DNA of 63,423 bases, the filler included, from Atractiella rhizophila (lineage: Eukaryota), in assembly GCA_021432655.1 (NCBI GenBank). It is 6 parts of 6 records of this genome, joined end to end, with 100 filler letters (N's around TTAATTAATTAA, not from the genome) between each part and the next. Parts side by side here need not be neighbours in the genome. Positions count along the whole stretch, not along the records: positions 17,452 to 29,025 come from MU271302.1; positions 29,126 to 47,538 come from MU271305.1; 4 more parts are not named here. The stretch is one strand, 5' to 3'. Under the pieces are notes generated by a model that saw only the letters and a list, made by a program, of their open reading frames with translations, did no database searches and was not told where the DNA came from. A program made the position numbers and the translations under genes. Position 1 is the first letter of the stretch; each line of letters opens with the position of its first letter. This document shows positions 25,126 to 38,696 of this stretch, in pieces.

Positions 25126-26779
25126 ACTCTTCACTTTCCACCTGACGCAGCCGTCAGCGCAATTTTTGCCCAGAATATGCTCCACAACCTGGTCACTCGC
25201 AAGCGGAGTATGTGGGGATTGGGCAATGGATGTTAGCGTTACGCAAGTTGGAATCAAAGTAATGCTTGTTCTGTTCGAAAGGCAGGCATCCATACCCACA
25301 GCCATAAATCACGACTCGATGCTCCATCCCTCACAGACCGCCGCAATCGTTATCACATCACATCACCGTCGCTCGGGACCCTCGTTCAGCACGATGCTGC
25401 ACCGACTCTCTCCCACGCCACCTATCATCTCAACTCTTCCCCTCCTCAAGATCCTTCTTCAATCCTTCCGTATTCTCTCATCCTCGCCCTTCCCCAACAT
25501 CAGTTCACCGTTTCCACGTGTACTCTCCCATATTCCATTCATTCTCCTCCCCCTGGTGCATTCCAAAATCTTGCCAATGACCACCCACTCCTAAAAAAGA
25601 CATGAGAAAGTGAGGAAGCGTGCCCCTCACGGAATATCCCGCGTTGTTCCTACCAGCAGGCGAGGGCAGTTGGAGATGATTGTCGAAGTGGAAAGATGGA
25701 CGCTGGACGCATTCCTAGCTAGTTTGTCGAAGCAGAAGGAGAGAACGAGCAGAGCAGGAGAGACGGGATTTGGGGCAGACAGGATGGTTGAGATGAGAGA
25801 GGTCGTCCGTGCGAATGGACAAAAGAGAACCCCTTTAAACGGTTATGTGATGCCTGCCGGCAAACGAGCAGAGAGACGGTGCGTGGTGGGATGTTTTTCA
25901 CTCCTCTCCACCACTGCCCTCGCTCCAGTCCCCGCCTTCTCCTCCTCGGGATGTGCACATGGCTTGAAACAGAACCTCTACCTCTTGTCACGAAACCGAC
26001 TTCGACAACCCATCTCCATCCTCGTCCCTATTTATCTTCCCTCTGCGGCATCCTCCGACGAGCTTTCCGCTGACTGCTCCAGCCGCTCTATCTATCTGAT
26101 GAATGTTGAATAAAGCGATGGAGGAAGGAGCGGAACGACGGGGGGATACGGCATTTGCTCTTGTGCGACGCGAGTCGATATTCCGAACGGGACTTACAGG
26201 CGCGCCTGCGGTATGTCGGGTGGTGGTACGTCAAAGAAAGCGAAAGTAAAGGCGACGGCCACAGCGAAGCGACGGAGATGGTGGATGGGTGGAGGTGAAA
26301 TTTGAGGTGGTAACTTAGTGAGGAGTAGGAGAGTGGTTTGTACTTGCGCGAAGGGGAGTGGCTTGGGGCCCCGGGCTGGAGGTGGGAGGGACGAAGAGGA
26401 GCCTGGGTTGTGGGAGGGGTGAACGAAATAGCTGCAGTGGAACGAGTTGCGGTTCGGAGGGTCGACGAAGCGCATTGGAGGGGCGAATGGTGGACCTAGT
26501 TGAACAAAGTTGGAACCAAGGAAAGCAGAGGAAGGAGTGCCGCTGAAAAGTGCTCACTCAAATTCCACCGTTGGAAGTTCTCGACGACAGACCGCAAGTT
26601 GAATGATGGAGTCGATCCTCTGCTGCATTCGCGTTAGCCGCTCTGGTCATCTCCCCATCCCGCCTCGCCTCGACCTTCCTCTGGCTTCCATCTTCTCCTT
26701 CGGACTCCTTCCGGTACTCTACTCCTGACTCCAGCGCTGCACACCTCCTGCCGGCTAGAAAGGTTCTTCTGTCGCCATG

Positions 26780-27550
26780 CTCCTCCGTACTGTCACCTTT
26801 CACGCTCAAGCAAGTGAGCGAGCACACAGCGCACTCCAAGATGCCTATCTGTGGCTACGGCCAAAGGGAGTAAGGAGGCAGTGGAGAAAAGCTCAAATAG
26901 GTGGGAGTAAGGTGGAGAGTAAGCCAACAGAGGACGAGTTCCATTGCTCTCAACAACCACTATGCTCTCGAATTGGCTCGCTTGCGGAGGGAAAGCTGGA
27001 TGAGGTCTTAGAACAGATCGTAAGATTATGAGATTTTGAGTAGGAGGAAGAAGAATATTACGCTCTCGTGGGATCCTGGAACGGGAAAGAATGCTGAGGT
27101 TCATCTATCGAGGTAAGACCTCGTTCCTCCCCTTTCTTTGCGATGGTATTAACGTTCTACTATTCAGATCGTTTGATTGCAGCAACTGCCTACAGATGCA
27201 CGGAGTAGCAACGGCGGACGCGCACTGGACTTACGCCGCTCTGTCTCTGGCTCTCTCCTTCATGCTCCCCAAAAGAACGTCCAACATCCTCCGCTCTTTC
27301 AGCTCTCCTAGTCCAGCTACCCCTTTACAAAAGAGAATCTGCAATTCTCTCAAAGCACCTCTTCCATCTAAGATAACAGAAGCACATAGGCGAGGCAGAG
27401 CAGTGTATCGTATTATATCCCGCTAGTCTAGCTGCATGGCAGGAGGAGGGAGCAAGGAAGAATGGGGTGGAGGAGGCATTGAATGTGATGGAGTCGTCGA
27501 GGGTTGAGAGGGAGGTCGACGGAGGAGGGTTTGCCTTCGAACTCTGAACA
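26780..27550 (+). pseudogene. Degenerate fragment of an unidentified gene
   Basis: Coding-like sequence with in-frame stops, GTAAGA...CAG intron near 27113-27167, paralogous to 19934-20340. Confidence 0.45.
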
Positions 27551-28758
27551 GAATGTGAACGAGTTCTGCGAAGGAGAGGACAGTAGGTCTTCAGAAAGGA
27601 TGACGAGATTAGCGGACTCATTCTATGTTGTGTAGAAGCACGCAGAAAAGCTAGTCCAGATTCGTGAAGCTGGAGTAGGCAGAGTGGCGGAGCGGAGAGT
27701 TACTAGTCTACGCTCGTCCTCCCTCTTCCGCTCCTTGTTCGCACTTCCGTTCCTCCACCTTTCTATCCTTTCTATTCTACTTTGCGACTTTGGACCATTC
27801 AGATTGTTTGTTTCCGACTTGTTTTTCGCCTCCAATTCTGGAAAGTCAAAACTGACCATGGATTGAACAGACTGTCACAAACCTACCAGCAACATCTGCT
27901 CCGTCACCATTGACGTTCTCGTGGCTGACATATCGTGCAAGAGACGATAACAAGAGACAGTCAAGAGTATGCTGCACAGGATAGGGGAGAGTGACCAACA
28001 TTCGGTTTATCGAAGTGAGTTCGCTCGTAGGCGGGAGGCTGCAAGAAGTACAGAGGACGCGGGATTCGAATGAGAGGGAGCGACCGTTGCAGCGAATACC
28101 AAATCGGTTGCACGCTCCAATTCGAGTGCGTCTCCCAGATCATGCTCTTTCATTCAATATCTAACCAGGCTGTTTTACAGCTGGTCCACTCAACTGTCCG
28201 ATCCCAAACGCGCTCCCCAACCCGTTGACTTCAGAGCTCATTTACTGAATATTGTCATTCTATTACGAATATGTATGTGGATGAAGATGGAAGCAACAAC
28301 GTGGACATTGAAGAAGCAAACGATTGAACGGAAGTCTTGTGGATATCATGGTATGTGAAGGCCGCTTTTCTTCATTGTCGTTTGTAGATCGGTGCTACAG
28401 TTGTCGTCAAATGGACAAAGACATCTGCAGTTGTCGCCCAAGCTGAGCCATGCCTCGTCTTCTGCTATTCACTGTGCAGAGAAGTTCAATTGCTTTTATC
28501 CTGTGCTCATACGCAAAGTCGCAATCGGAGCCCTCGCACTTTATTCTTATTCCTCGCTTCCTGTCGTGTCACCTTCCCGTCTGTCAATTCCAGGACTCGG
28601 CTTCGCAATGAACATGCAGAGTCATGTTTCATTCACAGTTGCTGAGTTGCTGTCAAAGGCAGATTCCTCTATTGTACATTTACTCAACGAATCTACTCTT
28701 GTGTGAACGTCAGAGTAACGCACTTGAAGCCCCAGTGCAAGTGGTATTGTCCTAACCC

Positions 28759-29025
28759 GTAATCTAAGCATTGGACTGGGCTAGCGAAATCAGTCGTGTA
28801 GTCCCCTGTGTGTTCAGAGGCACGTCCTGTAGTCATGGACTGCTGAGAGCGATATGCGTCGGGATCTAGTAGCTCAAGAGGTGCAGCCTGAATCGGACTG
28901 TGCCTTCTACACTATTCGTCCCCCTCCCCAGGCTCCCAAATGCCTGAACTCGGGCTCTTCCTGTACTTTCCCATCACACTCCTCGCAATCGCAATCTCCT
29001 CCGCACTCCACTGTCCAAAGAATAA
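28759..29025 (-). repeat. 3' end of a paralog of the 20736-22910 F-box/LRR gene, cut at spacer
   Basis: Colinear similarity to 20565-20850 (gtaatcta.gcatt, tagtagctc.agaggtg, ccaggctcccaaa, ctcctcgcaatc.caatctcct). Confidence 0.85.
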
Positions 29026-29125
29026 NNNNNNNNNNNNNNNNNNNNNNNNNNNNNNNNNNNNNNNNNNNNTTAATTAATTAANNNNNNNNNNNNNNNNNNN
29101 NNNNNNNNNNNNNNNNNNNNNNNNN

Positions 29126-30906
29126 ATTACAGTCGGTGTTGCTACATGGTGACTAAAGGCACTAACCTTCTTGTCCCGTAAGCATATTCCCTTTCATCAA
29201 CGCTTCAAAGCTCTCATAGCATTTAACATCGATCATAAGAGCATCTACAAAGGCTTCTTTGGCTCGATCGATCGAGTTTAGGTTCTGGTAAATGATGCCT
29301 CTGAGATGGCAGAGCGTTGCTTCAAACTGTTAAACTTAGCAAAATCCGCCAAGGGAGTAAAGCAGCCAACCTTAACACCACCATCCGTCTCTCCTTTCGT
29401 TTCCAACTTTTTCCCATCATTCCTTCCAACGAGATCAAGCGCCTCCTCCCATCGCGACATCATGACAAGACACCTCGCGGCTAGTACTCTACAAGCCAGG
29501 CTTTCATCCTTGAACGTTTTCGGTTCTTCCTTCAGTTCTCGCACCTCAGGTGGGGCGTCGATGTCGATCTTGAGTTCGGGGAGAGTGAACGTAGGTGGTG
29601 GCGGCAGAGGGATTTTGGATGTTGACGGTTGCGGTGGCGGCGTGGGGTCAAAAACATTGATCGCCATTTTGTTGAGGGTTTGCGTTGCTGCTTGTGGGAT
29701 AGGGTCTGAGACCGGATGGATCATGGGTGGTGCACCTCGCTTTGGATGCGCGATGGAGGAAAGGAGAGAATACGCATGTGAGTATTGTCGCATCAGGTAG
29801 TGGACTTGTGCCAGCCAAAAGGCGTCATTCGCATCCCCTATGGAGAGTATAAGTACATTGCACTTGGACGATGTATTTACATCATGACGTTTAGTTAAGT
29901 CGTATAGCTCAAAGAAACAGTAACCCATGTCGCAAACTGCCGCCTTGAACATTCGAACAGGTTGAACTTCACGACTTGGATCCTGAACGTCGTTGCCAAT
30001 TTCTTTATGTCATTTCTTTTAAGTGACGAGACAGATCAGAAAATGTCACGCCAGTGACAAGCTCTTCAATTCGACGAAAAGGGAGCTGTTCAGGTGTCGC
30101 TTGGAAGAAAACGGAGGGCAATACTTTCAAGAAATACATCTGTGTTTCTGCTCCCTCAGAACGAAGGTAACTATAGCAGATCGTCATCAAAGGCGCGATA
30201 TTGTCAACGCCTTGGGAACTTGAAAGGGGAAACAGCTCAAATAACTTGAAAGATGAAAGCCTTGGGTGGATACACCTTGGGATGAGTTTGGGCAGGCATG
30301 GACAGGTAGCCACAATGCAACAACAATGATCCTGCCTTTCGAACCGATACTCATCAAATCCAGGATCAACAACTGTTGGCAAGCTGATCATTACTCAGCG
30401 TTTCACCCCACCTCACCCAAGAGCGTGGAACGAGCTCATTTGATGCCTGTTAGAATTGATGGTGTGTAAATTCTTAGTCGCACGCCCTCCGTCTCCTCGA
30501 TTTAACATCACAAGTGCATCCTCTTTGTGTTGCAAAGACGCACATATAAATGGCATCCCTCACTTCATTTCTAGCAATCCCTTCCCTTCTTAGAAAAAAG
30601 CTCACCGCTCATATCACAAATCTGGTCTCCCCAAAACCTGGCAGTTTCATAGAGGTGTTGACCAATAGCATCGTTCCTCCAACACCTCATGCGGTCCAAC
30701 ATTGTCCACTCCTCCTCATCCTCCATTTCCGTTTCTCCTCCTCCATACGTCGAGTCGAAGGTGGTGTCGTTCACGGGGAACGGGCGGCGTTTTGGACGCG
30801 TTCTGGGAGAGAGCGAAAGCGTCGAGGCGTTTCCTTGCGAGAAACGGAGACTGCCCAGTCGCTGTGGCGTAAAGACTCCTGGTTGAGAGGGGCGGGAGGA
30901 GGACAT
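29126..30906 (-). CDS. CDC16: Anaphase-promoting complex subunit Cdc16/Cut9/APC6 (TPR), 3'-truncated; intron 1 is 768 nt
   Basis: MLDRMRCWRNDA..QHLYETA.FWGD, GDANDAFWLAQVHY, SLACR.LAARCL, DGGVK, AKEAFVDALMIDVKCYESFEAL. Confidence 0.93.
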
Positions 30907-31157
30907 CGGCGCGTCTTGGATGCTGTTCTGAACGCTCTGCGCGAAAAGACAAATGAGAATCTTGGTGACTGGGTCGTGAGATAGCGCGGGATCGCGCAGA
31001 CAACACGGTTCTTATCCCTTTGGCAAAGAGTGACGCGAAAGCAGCATATATTCCACCAAGTCTTCACACAAAATTGATATGATTGAATCACAAAAGACAG
31101 TAGTATTATCAAAGATCGAAGCTAGTTGAAAGTCCACCCTTCGACGAAAGGCATCAC

Positions 31158-32803
31158 TTAGACCAAGACCATCATCGCGCCTCCAACAATCGCAGCAGCC
31201 AAAGCAAAAGGAAAGACGACACCGACCCTCGAAGCTGGACTGTTATTTCCAGCAGAAGATCCCGAACCAGAACCAGAGCCAGAGCCAGATCCAGACCCAG
31301 AGTTTTCGTTGCCTCCAGTGCCCGCTCCTTGCGTCGCTCCAGGTCTGACCTCAGTCGCACTAGTCGGGAGAGGTGTCGTATCGGGGAGGTAGAATTGAGA
31401 GATGTTTGGGTTAATGGTGCGTTGGGCGGCCCAAGCGAACCGGTCGAGATATTTCTGAAAGTCCTCTTTGAAGGCGGCGAGGACGTCGGTGTTGTTCAGG
31501 ACCCTGTAATCTCGGAAATCTGACACTCCCCCATCGGTCTCCGTCTTCGTGTGCTCAAACATCATGATGCCTTTCAGGTTTGGATGGGCGTCCAAAAAGG
31601 TCGTGTTCAGGATACAATCCTGCCACCATCCGCGTTGGATCGCCAGTTGGGCGGATTCGCCTCCTGTGATGTCGACGTGATAGGCGGCACCGCCCTCTGA
31701 GATCTGTCCCTCTTCGTTAGATGAGAAGATGTGATAGGGAAGATAGCGAACGATGCAAGGTTTCGTGGCATCGCTACAGTATGTCGAGTAGTAGGCGGTG
31801 AAAGTCTGGTCGTAGAATGCATCCTCTCCGGCAAGCTCCTTCGAGCAGAACCCCCCAGGTTGAGCGGTGTTGATATTCTGGAATCCGGGACCCTTGTAAT
31901 CTGCAGAATATTATGTTTCCGTTGAGGTACGAGACAGAGAAAGAACGCACAAAGGGAGATTCCATGCCAGTCCACGTATTGAGCTCCAGGATAGTAAGCG
32001 GCATAGGCATCATCCCCAATATCCAACTCTCCATTCTTGTTAGTATCAAGGAGAGCAGCATCTGTGGCATTAGTTGGGAGAGGAACACCAGACGGGTATC
32101 CTGCACTGTTCAACAAGCACAAGGTCAGGCTGTTCTCCGCTGCAGAGCCCGGCGACACTCACGCGATATTTGGGGACCAGACGACTTGAGTCAACGGCGC
32201 GATCCTCTTCACGGTCTCGTACATCCTCTTCCAGGTCGCGACATAAGCAGTGGGCTGAGCACCCCACGCGAACCAGTTTCCTCCCATCTCTGGAGCCCAG
32301 CGGATGAACACTCCTCGCTTCAAAGACTCTTGGTAAGAGAGCAGTTGGTTGCCGAGGTCTTCAAGCACTTGATCGGTGACTGCGTCGAGGCCATTGTCCG
32401 GGTATAGCTGGTATGTGCGTCATCTACGGCGCGGGAGAAGAGAATGGGAGGTACGAACGGTGAGAAAGAGGATTGCATCTGAGTACGTTTCCTCGAGCTC
32501 AGTCTATTCTCTCTAATTGAGCATGACTTCTGTAATAGGGTTTAGACGTACGATATTAGCAGGACCGCCTGCACCTGTGACCTCATTGAAAGCCTTGTAC
32601 GGGATCTCCTGTCCAAGCTGATAGATGGGAGGGAGGGGAAGAGGATTTGGTTCGGAAGTGAAGCGACTGGCAATCGTCGCTGGAAACTCAGAAATTCCAC
32701 TATCAGGCTGCGTCCATATTCCAAGCCAGACCTTGTTTCCAGACGGTGGCGTGATGGTCTGGGCTGCCGCCGTTCCTAATAGGATGGGAAGGAGGTTGAG
32801 CAT
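31158..32803 (-). CDS. Secreted, probably GPI-anchored glycoside hydrolase family 26-like protein
   Basis: Signal peptide MLNLLPILLGTAAA; FIRWAPEMGGNWFAWG; VVWSPN; YYPGAQYVDW.GIS; ISE.GAAYH; GS-repeat linker and hydrophobic C-terminus. Confidence 0.85.
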
Positions 32804-33292
32804 CGTGGGTTGGAGGATTGTTGTGATTATTAGTGGTATTGCTGCCGTAAATGTTCCCGGATAAGTCGAATGAGCGAAAGGTATTCTCGAGTGACTTGGC
32901 GGAGGGGACGAAGAGGAGAGCGGGAAAGCAGAGCCTTTTGAGGGGTCTCAATACACCGACTAGGTGCGCAGACAGATACACACGCTGAGGCGGGCCTTGC
33001 TTGTGCCACGGACGGGTAAATCGGGGTCTGCTATAGATTCTATGGACGACGCTGTGGCATGTGCTGTTAGTCAACTTTATTAGGCGTCTGGGGACAGACC
33101 TGGAGGGAGGGATAGATGGTCGTTTGTGCTTGCAGTGCTGTTCCGATGATCCGGGTAACTTGGTGTTCTTGGCTGCTTAGACACTACAGTTGTAGTCTTA
33201 GTCCTCCCGCTGCCAAAAAGCACCACCAGTCTGATAAACGAAGGTATCGCTGAGGGCCAGGAAACGAGAATCTCAAGCAGCAACCGTCTGGG

Positions 33293-36200
33293 ATGACTTC
33301 CTATCCGTACTCAAACGGCAGAAGCGACGACGATGGTCTTTACCGAACCACGTCAAATGGTCCGTATCTCTCTCTGATCAAGTTAAGGGTCCCTAATTCC
33401 TCCCTCGGCTCCCTTTCAAGGCCCATATTCGCCTTACGACTCGTCCTCGTACAACACGTCCAGACCCGTATCTCAGATAGAGGATTTGTATTCTGCTATC
33501 GATGATTCGCTTGCCGAAGTCTCGTCATCCAACACCACCCCCTCCCGTAGTTCAGAGATCTACAACTACTACTCCTCATCTCCGCCCAAAGGTGCCCTCC
33601 AGCCAACAACAACGAATCCAACAACTCCAAGGTCACATGCCAGATCGAACTCTAACCTCTCTTCCCGTCCCCTACCGCTTCCCGCGAACCCAGCAGCGGG
33701 AAGGACGCCGAGTCCCTCTGGAAACCTCTACTCTTCCAACGTCACCAGCGCATCTAACAACTTGCTCAGTCAAATGGGCTCATCCATTCGTCCCCTCCCT
33801 CAAGTCCCAGCCGACGACGGGATGTTCTGGAAGATGCCAACGCCAACCACCTCGTCCGCCTCGGGCTCTCGCCGTACCACAGGCAACTCCTACCCACCAA
33901 TCGACACGTCCGAGAGTCCTTACTATTACGATACAACTCCAAGTGGGAATGACCATTTTGATCCCGTGACGGGAAAGATCGTCCATTCACCTGAAGACGC
34001 TGGTTTCCCTGAACAGCCGCAACAGCCTTACTTTCCCTCCTCGAGAACGATACAGGCTCAGAGCTCCACAGCTCCAAAGCCTCCGGATTCTCTCCACCTC
34101 GCCAGAACACCGACTATCACAACTACCCCGCCTCAAACCTTCTCCGAGCCTCATGCCAATAGAAGGAATTTCTCAGCCTCTTCCATTCCAGGAGTGGGAC
34201 TCAATCCGAAGAGCTCCCTGACGGCGACGGCAGTCATGAACTTTGCGAATCAGCAGAGGAAGAACAGCTACGGTTTTCCATCCTCAAGTCCTTATCATGA
34301 TTCTCCTTATAACGTCGCGATGGGCATTGTTGACGAGGACGAGTTCGGAGCAGACGACTTTTTCAACCCCGCTCTGCTCAGCAATATTGCGCTACATGTC
34401 AAGGACAAAGTGCCGAAGGGATTTCAAATAAAGGGTGCGGTGGAGTATCCACGCAGTTTTACTGGGAAAGATGTCGTCGTACGTCCTTTCTTACCTAATA
34501 CTCGGGTATGGTGTGGGTGAAACTGGCGGCGTAGAACACCATCCTTGCCGTCTTGCCTGTCCCCTTCAATTTCGACAGACGGCTCGCTCTCACGATTGCT
34601 CGGTACTTGCAAGATGGACTGTTCTTCCACGAAGTAGACTGGTCAGGGAAGACTCTGCGAGATGGAGTAGACGATGTTTATATTTTCGACGAAGACGAGC
34701 AGAAGTTTCATATGGAGATGGGCCTGGGAGGTGGAAGTTCCTCTTCCCCCTATGCCGAGGAAGAGAACATTCTGGGCGAGCTTCCAACAGGCGTGCTCAC
34801 CAAGCTGACAAATTGCTACTCTCGTACATGTCTCTTTCTTCTACACGCTGAAAGTAACTAATAGCTGGCCGAAGCATTCTGTAACCGTCTTACGTCGTCT
34901 GGTCTTCCCGGTGCCTGCTACTCCACCACTTGTCCCAACCGTATCGCTGCGGGCGGCTTGGAACGCGCGCCGTCCGTAATATCCATCACGTCTCAGTTGT
35001 CAGAAGCGACCACCGTCGTCGACTCTCTCCCCGGGGACTCATGGAGGTCCACCGTGCCGGAAGAATTCATCAATCAACTGGATGCGACGGAAATCAAGCG
35101 CCAAGAGCTCATCTTCGAACTCATCTCTTCCGAACGCGAATACCTCGCCGATTTCGACCTAATTCAGAGCACAATCTTTGAACCCCTTCGCACCGCCGTA
35201 CCTCCCATCATCGAGCCGGAGAGGATCGTTCACTTTTTTGAAGGCATCTTGGACTGCGTTCTCAATATTAGGGAACACTCTAAGGTGTTTTTTGAATCGT
35301 TGCTCGTGAGACAGAGGGAACAAACACCGTTGGTGAGAGATATCGGAGCGGTGATACTCGGCGCTGCGGTCGAATGGGGAGAGTTATATATTCGTTATGC
35401 GAAAAATTTACCTTTCGCCATCAATTTGGTCAAGATCGAGAAGGCCAAGAACGAGGCGTTCACCGACTTCGTCGCGGTACGTTAAATTCAATTTCGTTGT
35501 TGGCCTCTTGACCTTAGGGCGTCATTGTAGGAATTTGATAAGCGGAAAGACACACGAAGACGTGATCTCGAGGCCTTCCAACAAGTCCCCATCCGCCGGC
35601 TGCTCCGGTACTCCCTCCTCGTCGACCAACTAGTCAAAGACACGCCATTCGATAGCCCTGATCGAGAGTATCTGTCACAGGCTAACGATGTCATCAAAGA
35701 GCAATGTGTTCAGATGCAGGATGCACAGAAGAAGGGAGAGAAGGAGGCGAAGCGACAGCTCAATATCAACGAGTTGATCGAGGGTGAACAAGCGTATTGG
35801 AAAGATTTAGACCTGTTAGAGAAGGTGGGCTTGCGACTTTTCCTTCACTGACTGTGGGCTGATTATCGTGGACACAGTCATTTGTTACACCACTCTACCA
35901 AGCCCAGCCACCGATTATCGGTAGGGAACGGTTACGAGGCTTCCTCAATCGCACACTCTCCAACGTCTTTGAACTTCGAGACATTTCTCTTCGCGCTCTT
36001 GACAATCTTCTAGCGCGACAAAGAGAGGAGGCACCCAAGGTTCAACGCATCGGAGACGTCCTCATCCCGATGTTGCGACCTATAGGAGAGGCGTATATTG
36101 CATTCGTAGCCAATTCTCCTTTCTCCGAAGCTGCGGTCAAGGACGAAGCAGCCCAGAATACCGCTTTCAAGACCTTCATCGATGTGCGTCTTTTTGTTCC

Positions 36201-38398
36201 CAGCCCCTTCTCAGCAAGCCTTATGTTTGCTGTCAGGAATTTTCGCGTCTTCCGGAAGCGAAAAGGTTACCCATCACTAGTTTCCTCACTCGCCCTACTT
36301 TCCGAGTACCTCGTCTTCCTCTCCTGATCAAGGAAATTCTCGACCACACAGATGCTGACAATCCAGACCTCCCTCTTCTTAAGGAGGCTCTGGACATCAT
36401 CAAAGATTATATCAAAAAGGCAGATGAGACCATTGCAGAAGCTAAACTCAAGTATTCCATCATCGAATATAACGCGGACATCGTCAGAAAACCTGGAGAC
36501 GGCGCCGATCTTGATCTGCTCAATCCGAATCGCAGACTCTTCCATCGGGGCACCCTGTTGAGAAAACCTGATGGTGCTCTGGGAGACTGGACGGAACTTC
36601 ATGTTATTTTATTCGATAATTATTGTTCGTCTACCAGCTCTCCGCCTCATCGCAGCTGACCAGAGTGCAGTTGTAATGACGAAACCACGAGAGCAACGAG
36701 ACGGGAAGACTAAGTTTTATGTTTCGCGACGGGTAGGCAATCCATAGCGTCTGTGTCCCTTGTCTGACGAACCATATAGGCTATTCCGCTGGAACTGCTT
36801 CAACCTCTCAACTTTTCTGAAAGTGCCTCAGTTCGAACAGCAGGACTACGAGGCGTCATTCCTGGCAGTTCAACAACAGGGACAGAGAGGAATCCTAGTG
36901 ACCCATATCCTGGCAACGAAGATAAAAGTGTCTATCCTCTCACCTTCCGTTACCTCGGACGACATGGAGAGGTCTTTACTCTGCACGCCGACACGAAGGA
37001 TGCACGAGCAGAATGGCAGAAGAAGGTTCAGGAAGCAATTGCGTTCCGACAGGAAATGTTGGATGCTTCGAAAGTCTTTACCCTCTACGCGATGAGCGAC
37101 AAAACATTCGGAGCGGCTCCTTATGCTTATGGCGTGGCCAACACTGATGGGCCGATTGAACGACACGGTCCCCCAACCTGCTCCTGCCCCATCTGTATGT
37201 ATTCACCCGCCTTTGACACATGATTTCTGATCTTCCTTGGAAGCCACTTCCGACAACCGTCGCCTGGTCGCCATTGGATGTGCGGATGGCGTTTGGATCG
37301 GTTTACGGTCTAATCCTCAATCTCTGCGTCGCGTTATTCATCTCAACGATGTCACCCAACTCGCTGTACTTCAGCAGTTTGGCTTCCTCCTAGTGCTCTC
37401 CGAGAAGCGTCTGTTCGCTTATCCATTGGAGGTTGTCATCCCTACGGCTCATCAGGCTGCTCAACCCGGAAGAACGCCTCAGCAGATAAGTGGGGAGAGG
37501 GAGGTGTTGTTTTTCAAGGTTGGAAAGGTGCGGGAACGAACCTTAGTCACCTATTGCAAGCGAGCAACGACGAGAGAGTCCTTGTTTATCGCTCTTGAAC
37601 CTGTTGCTTCCCTGGATCACAGCAGGCAACATGCCGGAGGATTTATGAGGGGACTCGTCGGTGGACGTCAAGGTCGGCCAGAATACTTCCGAACCTATAA
37701 GGTGTGTGCACTGCAGGCTTTGAAAGTGAACTGATCATATTTGCGAAGGACTTTTTCGTACCATCCGAGTCGTACTCCATACAGTTCCTTCGATCCAGTC
37801 TGGCAATCCTTTGCAAGAAGGGAGTCGAGATCATGAATCTTGAAACGCTAAAGCCCACCACGGTTCCAGACTATTCCAGATTACGGAACGATCCACGAGC
37901 CGCAGCCCTTCAGCGAAGATGTGACGACGGAAAAGCTTTGGGAATGTTCCGTCTGGAAGAGAACGTCTTTCTCATTTGCTATAGCGGTTCGTTGCCTCTC
38001 CCAGTGACAATGCAATGTGAACTGAGAATCATGCAGATCTGGCATTTTGGACGGACAAATACGGGGATCCCATCCCATCTCGCTACAGCGATATTTTCGA
38101 CTGGGAAGGAGCACCCCAAAACACAGTCTACCAGCCTCCTCACATTCTTGCTTTCGACTCCAACTTCATCGAGATTCGCAATGCGTTCACAGGCAAACTC
38201 GTCCAGATCATCAAAGGCGAAGATATTGTTTGCACCTATGATGGATCAGCTGGTGGAGACGCGAGTCGTAGATCTGCAGCGCAGCAACCACCCACAGACC
38301 CAGGTGAAGGAAGGGTGCATGTTAGCATCAAAGTCGAGAGGAGATACCATAAAATTTTCGAACTGGTCGATACCCGGAACGGGGAGGGAAGTATATGA
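33293..38398 (+). CDS. Rho GEF of Rom2/Tus1 type (DEP-like, two DH, PH, CNH domains)
   Basis: EYPRSFTGKDVV, EIKRQELIFELI.SE..Y..D, second KRQ..I.ELI.GE..Y..DL, P.FRVPRL.LL..EI, LHV.LFDNY, CNH motifs AIGC.DGVWIG and PPHILAF...FIEIRN. Confidence 0.92.
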
Positions 38399-38696
38399 TC
38401 GTGCTTCGCTCAAGAATTACCCGTTTCGACCATAAAGAGTTCCTTCAAATTGTGCCTTGTTTTCGAGATGTGTTTGGGTTGATTCAACCACATACTTATT
38501 ATTCAGTCACCCCAAGTTTCTTTCTTAAAGTTCAAGTTTTTCTGCATTCCATTCGGTATCAACTTGTCTCCTGCTGTGGAATATATCTCTTGTACTAACT
38601 ATCAAGGAATTTCTCTCTCTTTTTGCTCTTGCATGCACAATGTGACATTGCTAAATAATGCGATGATCGATGCTGACCCATCGAACAAAGTCCGGG

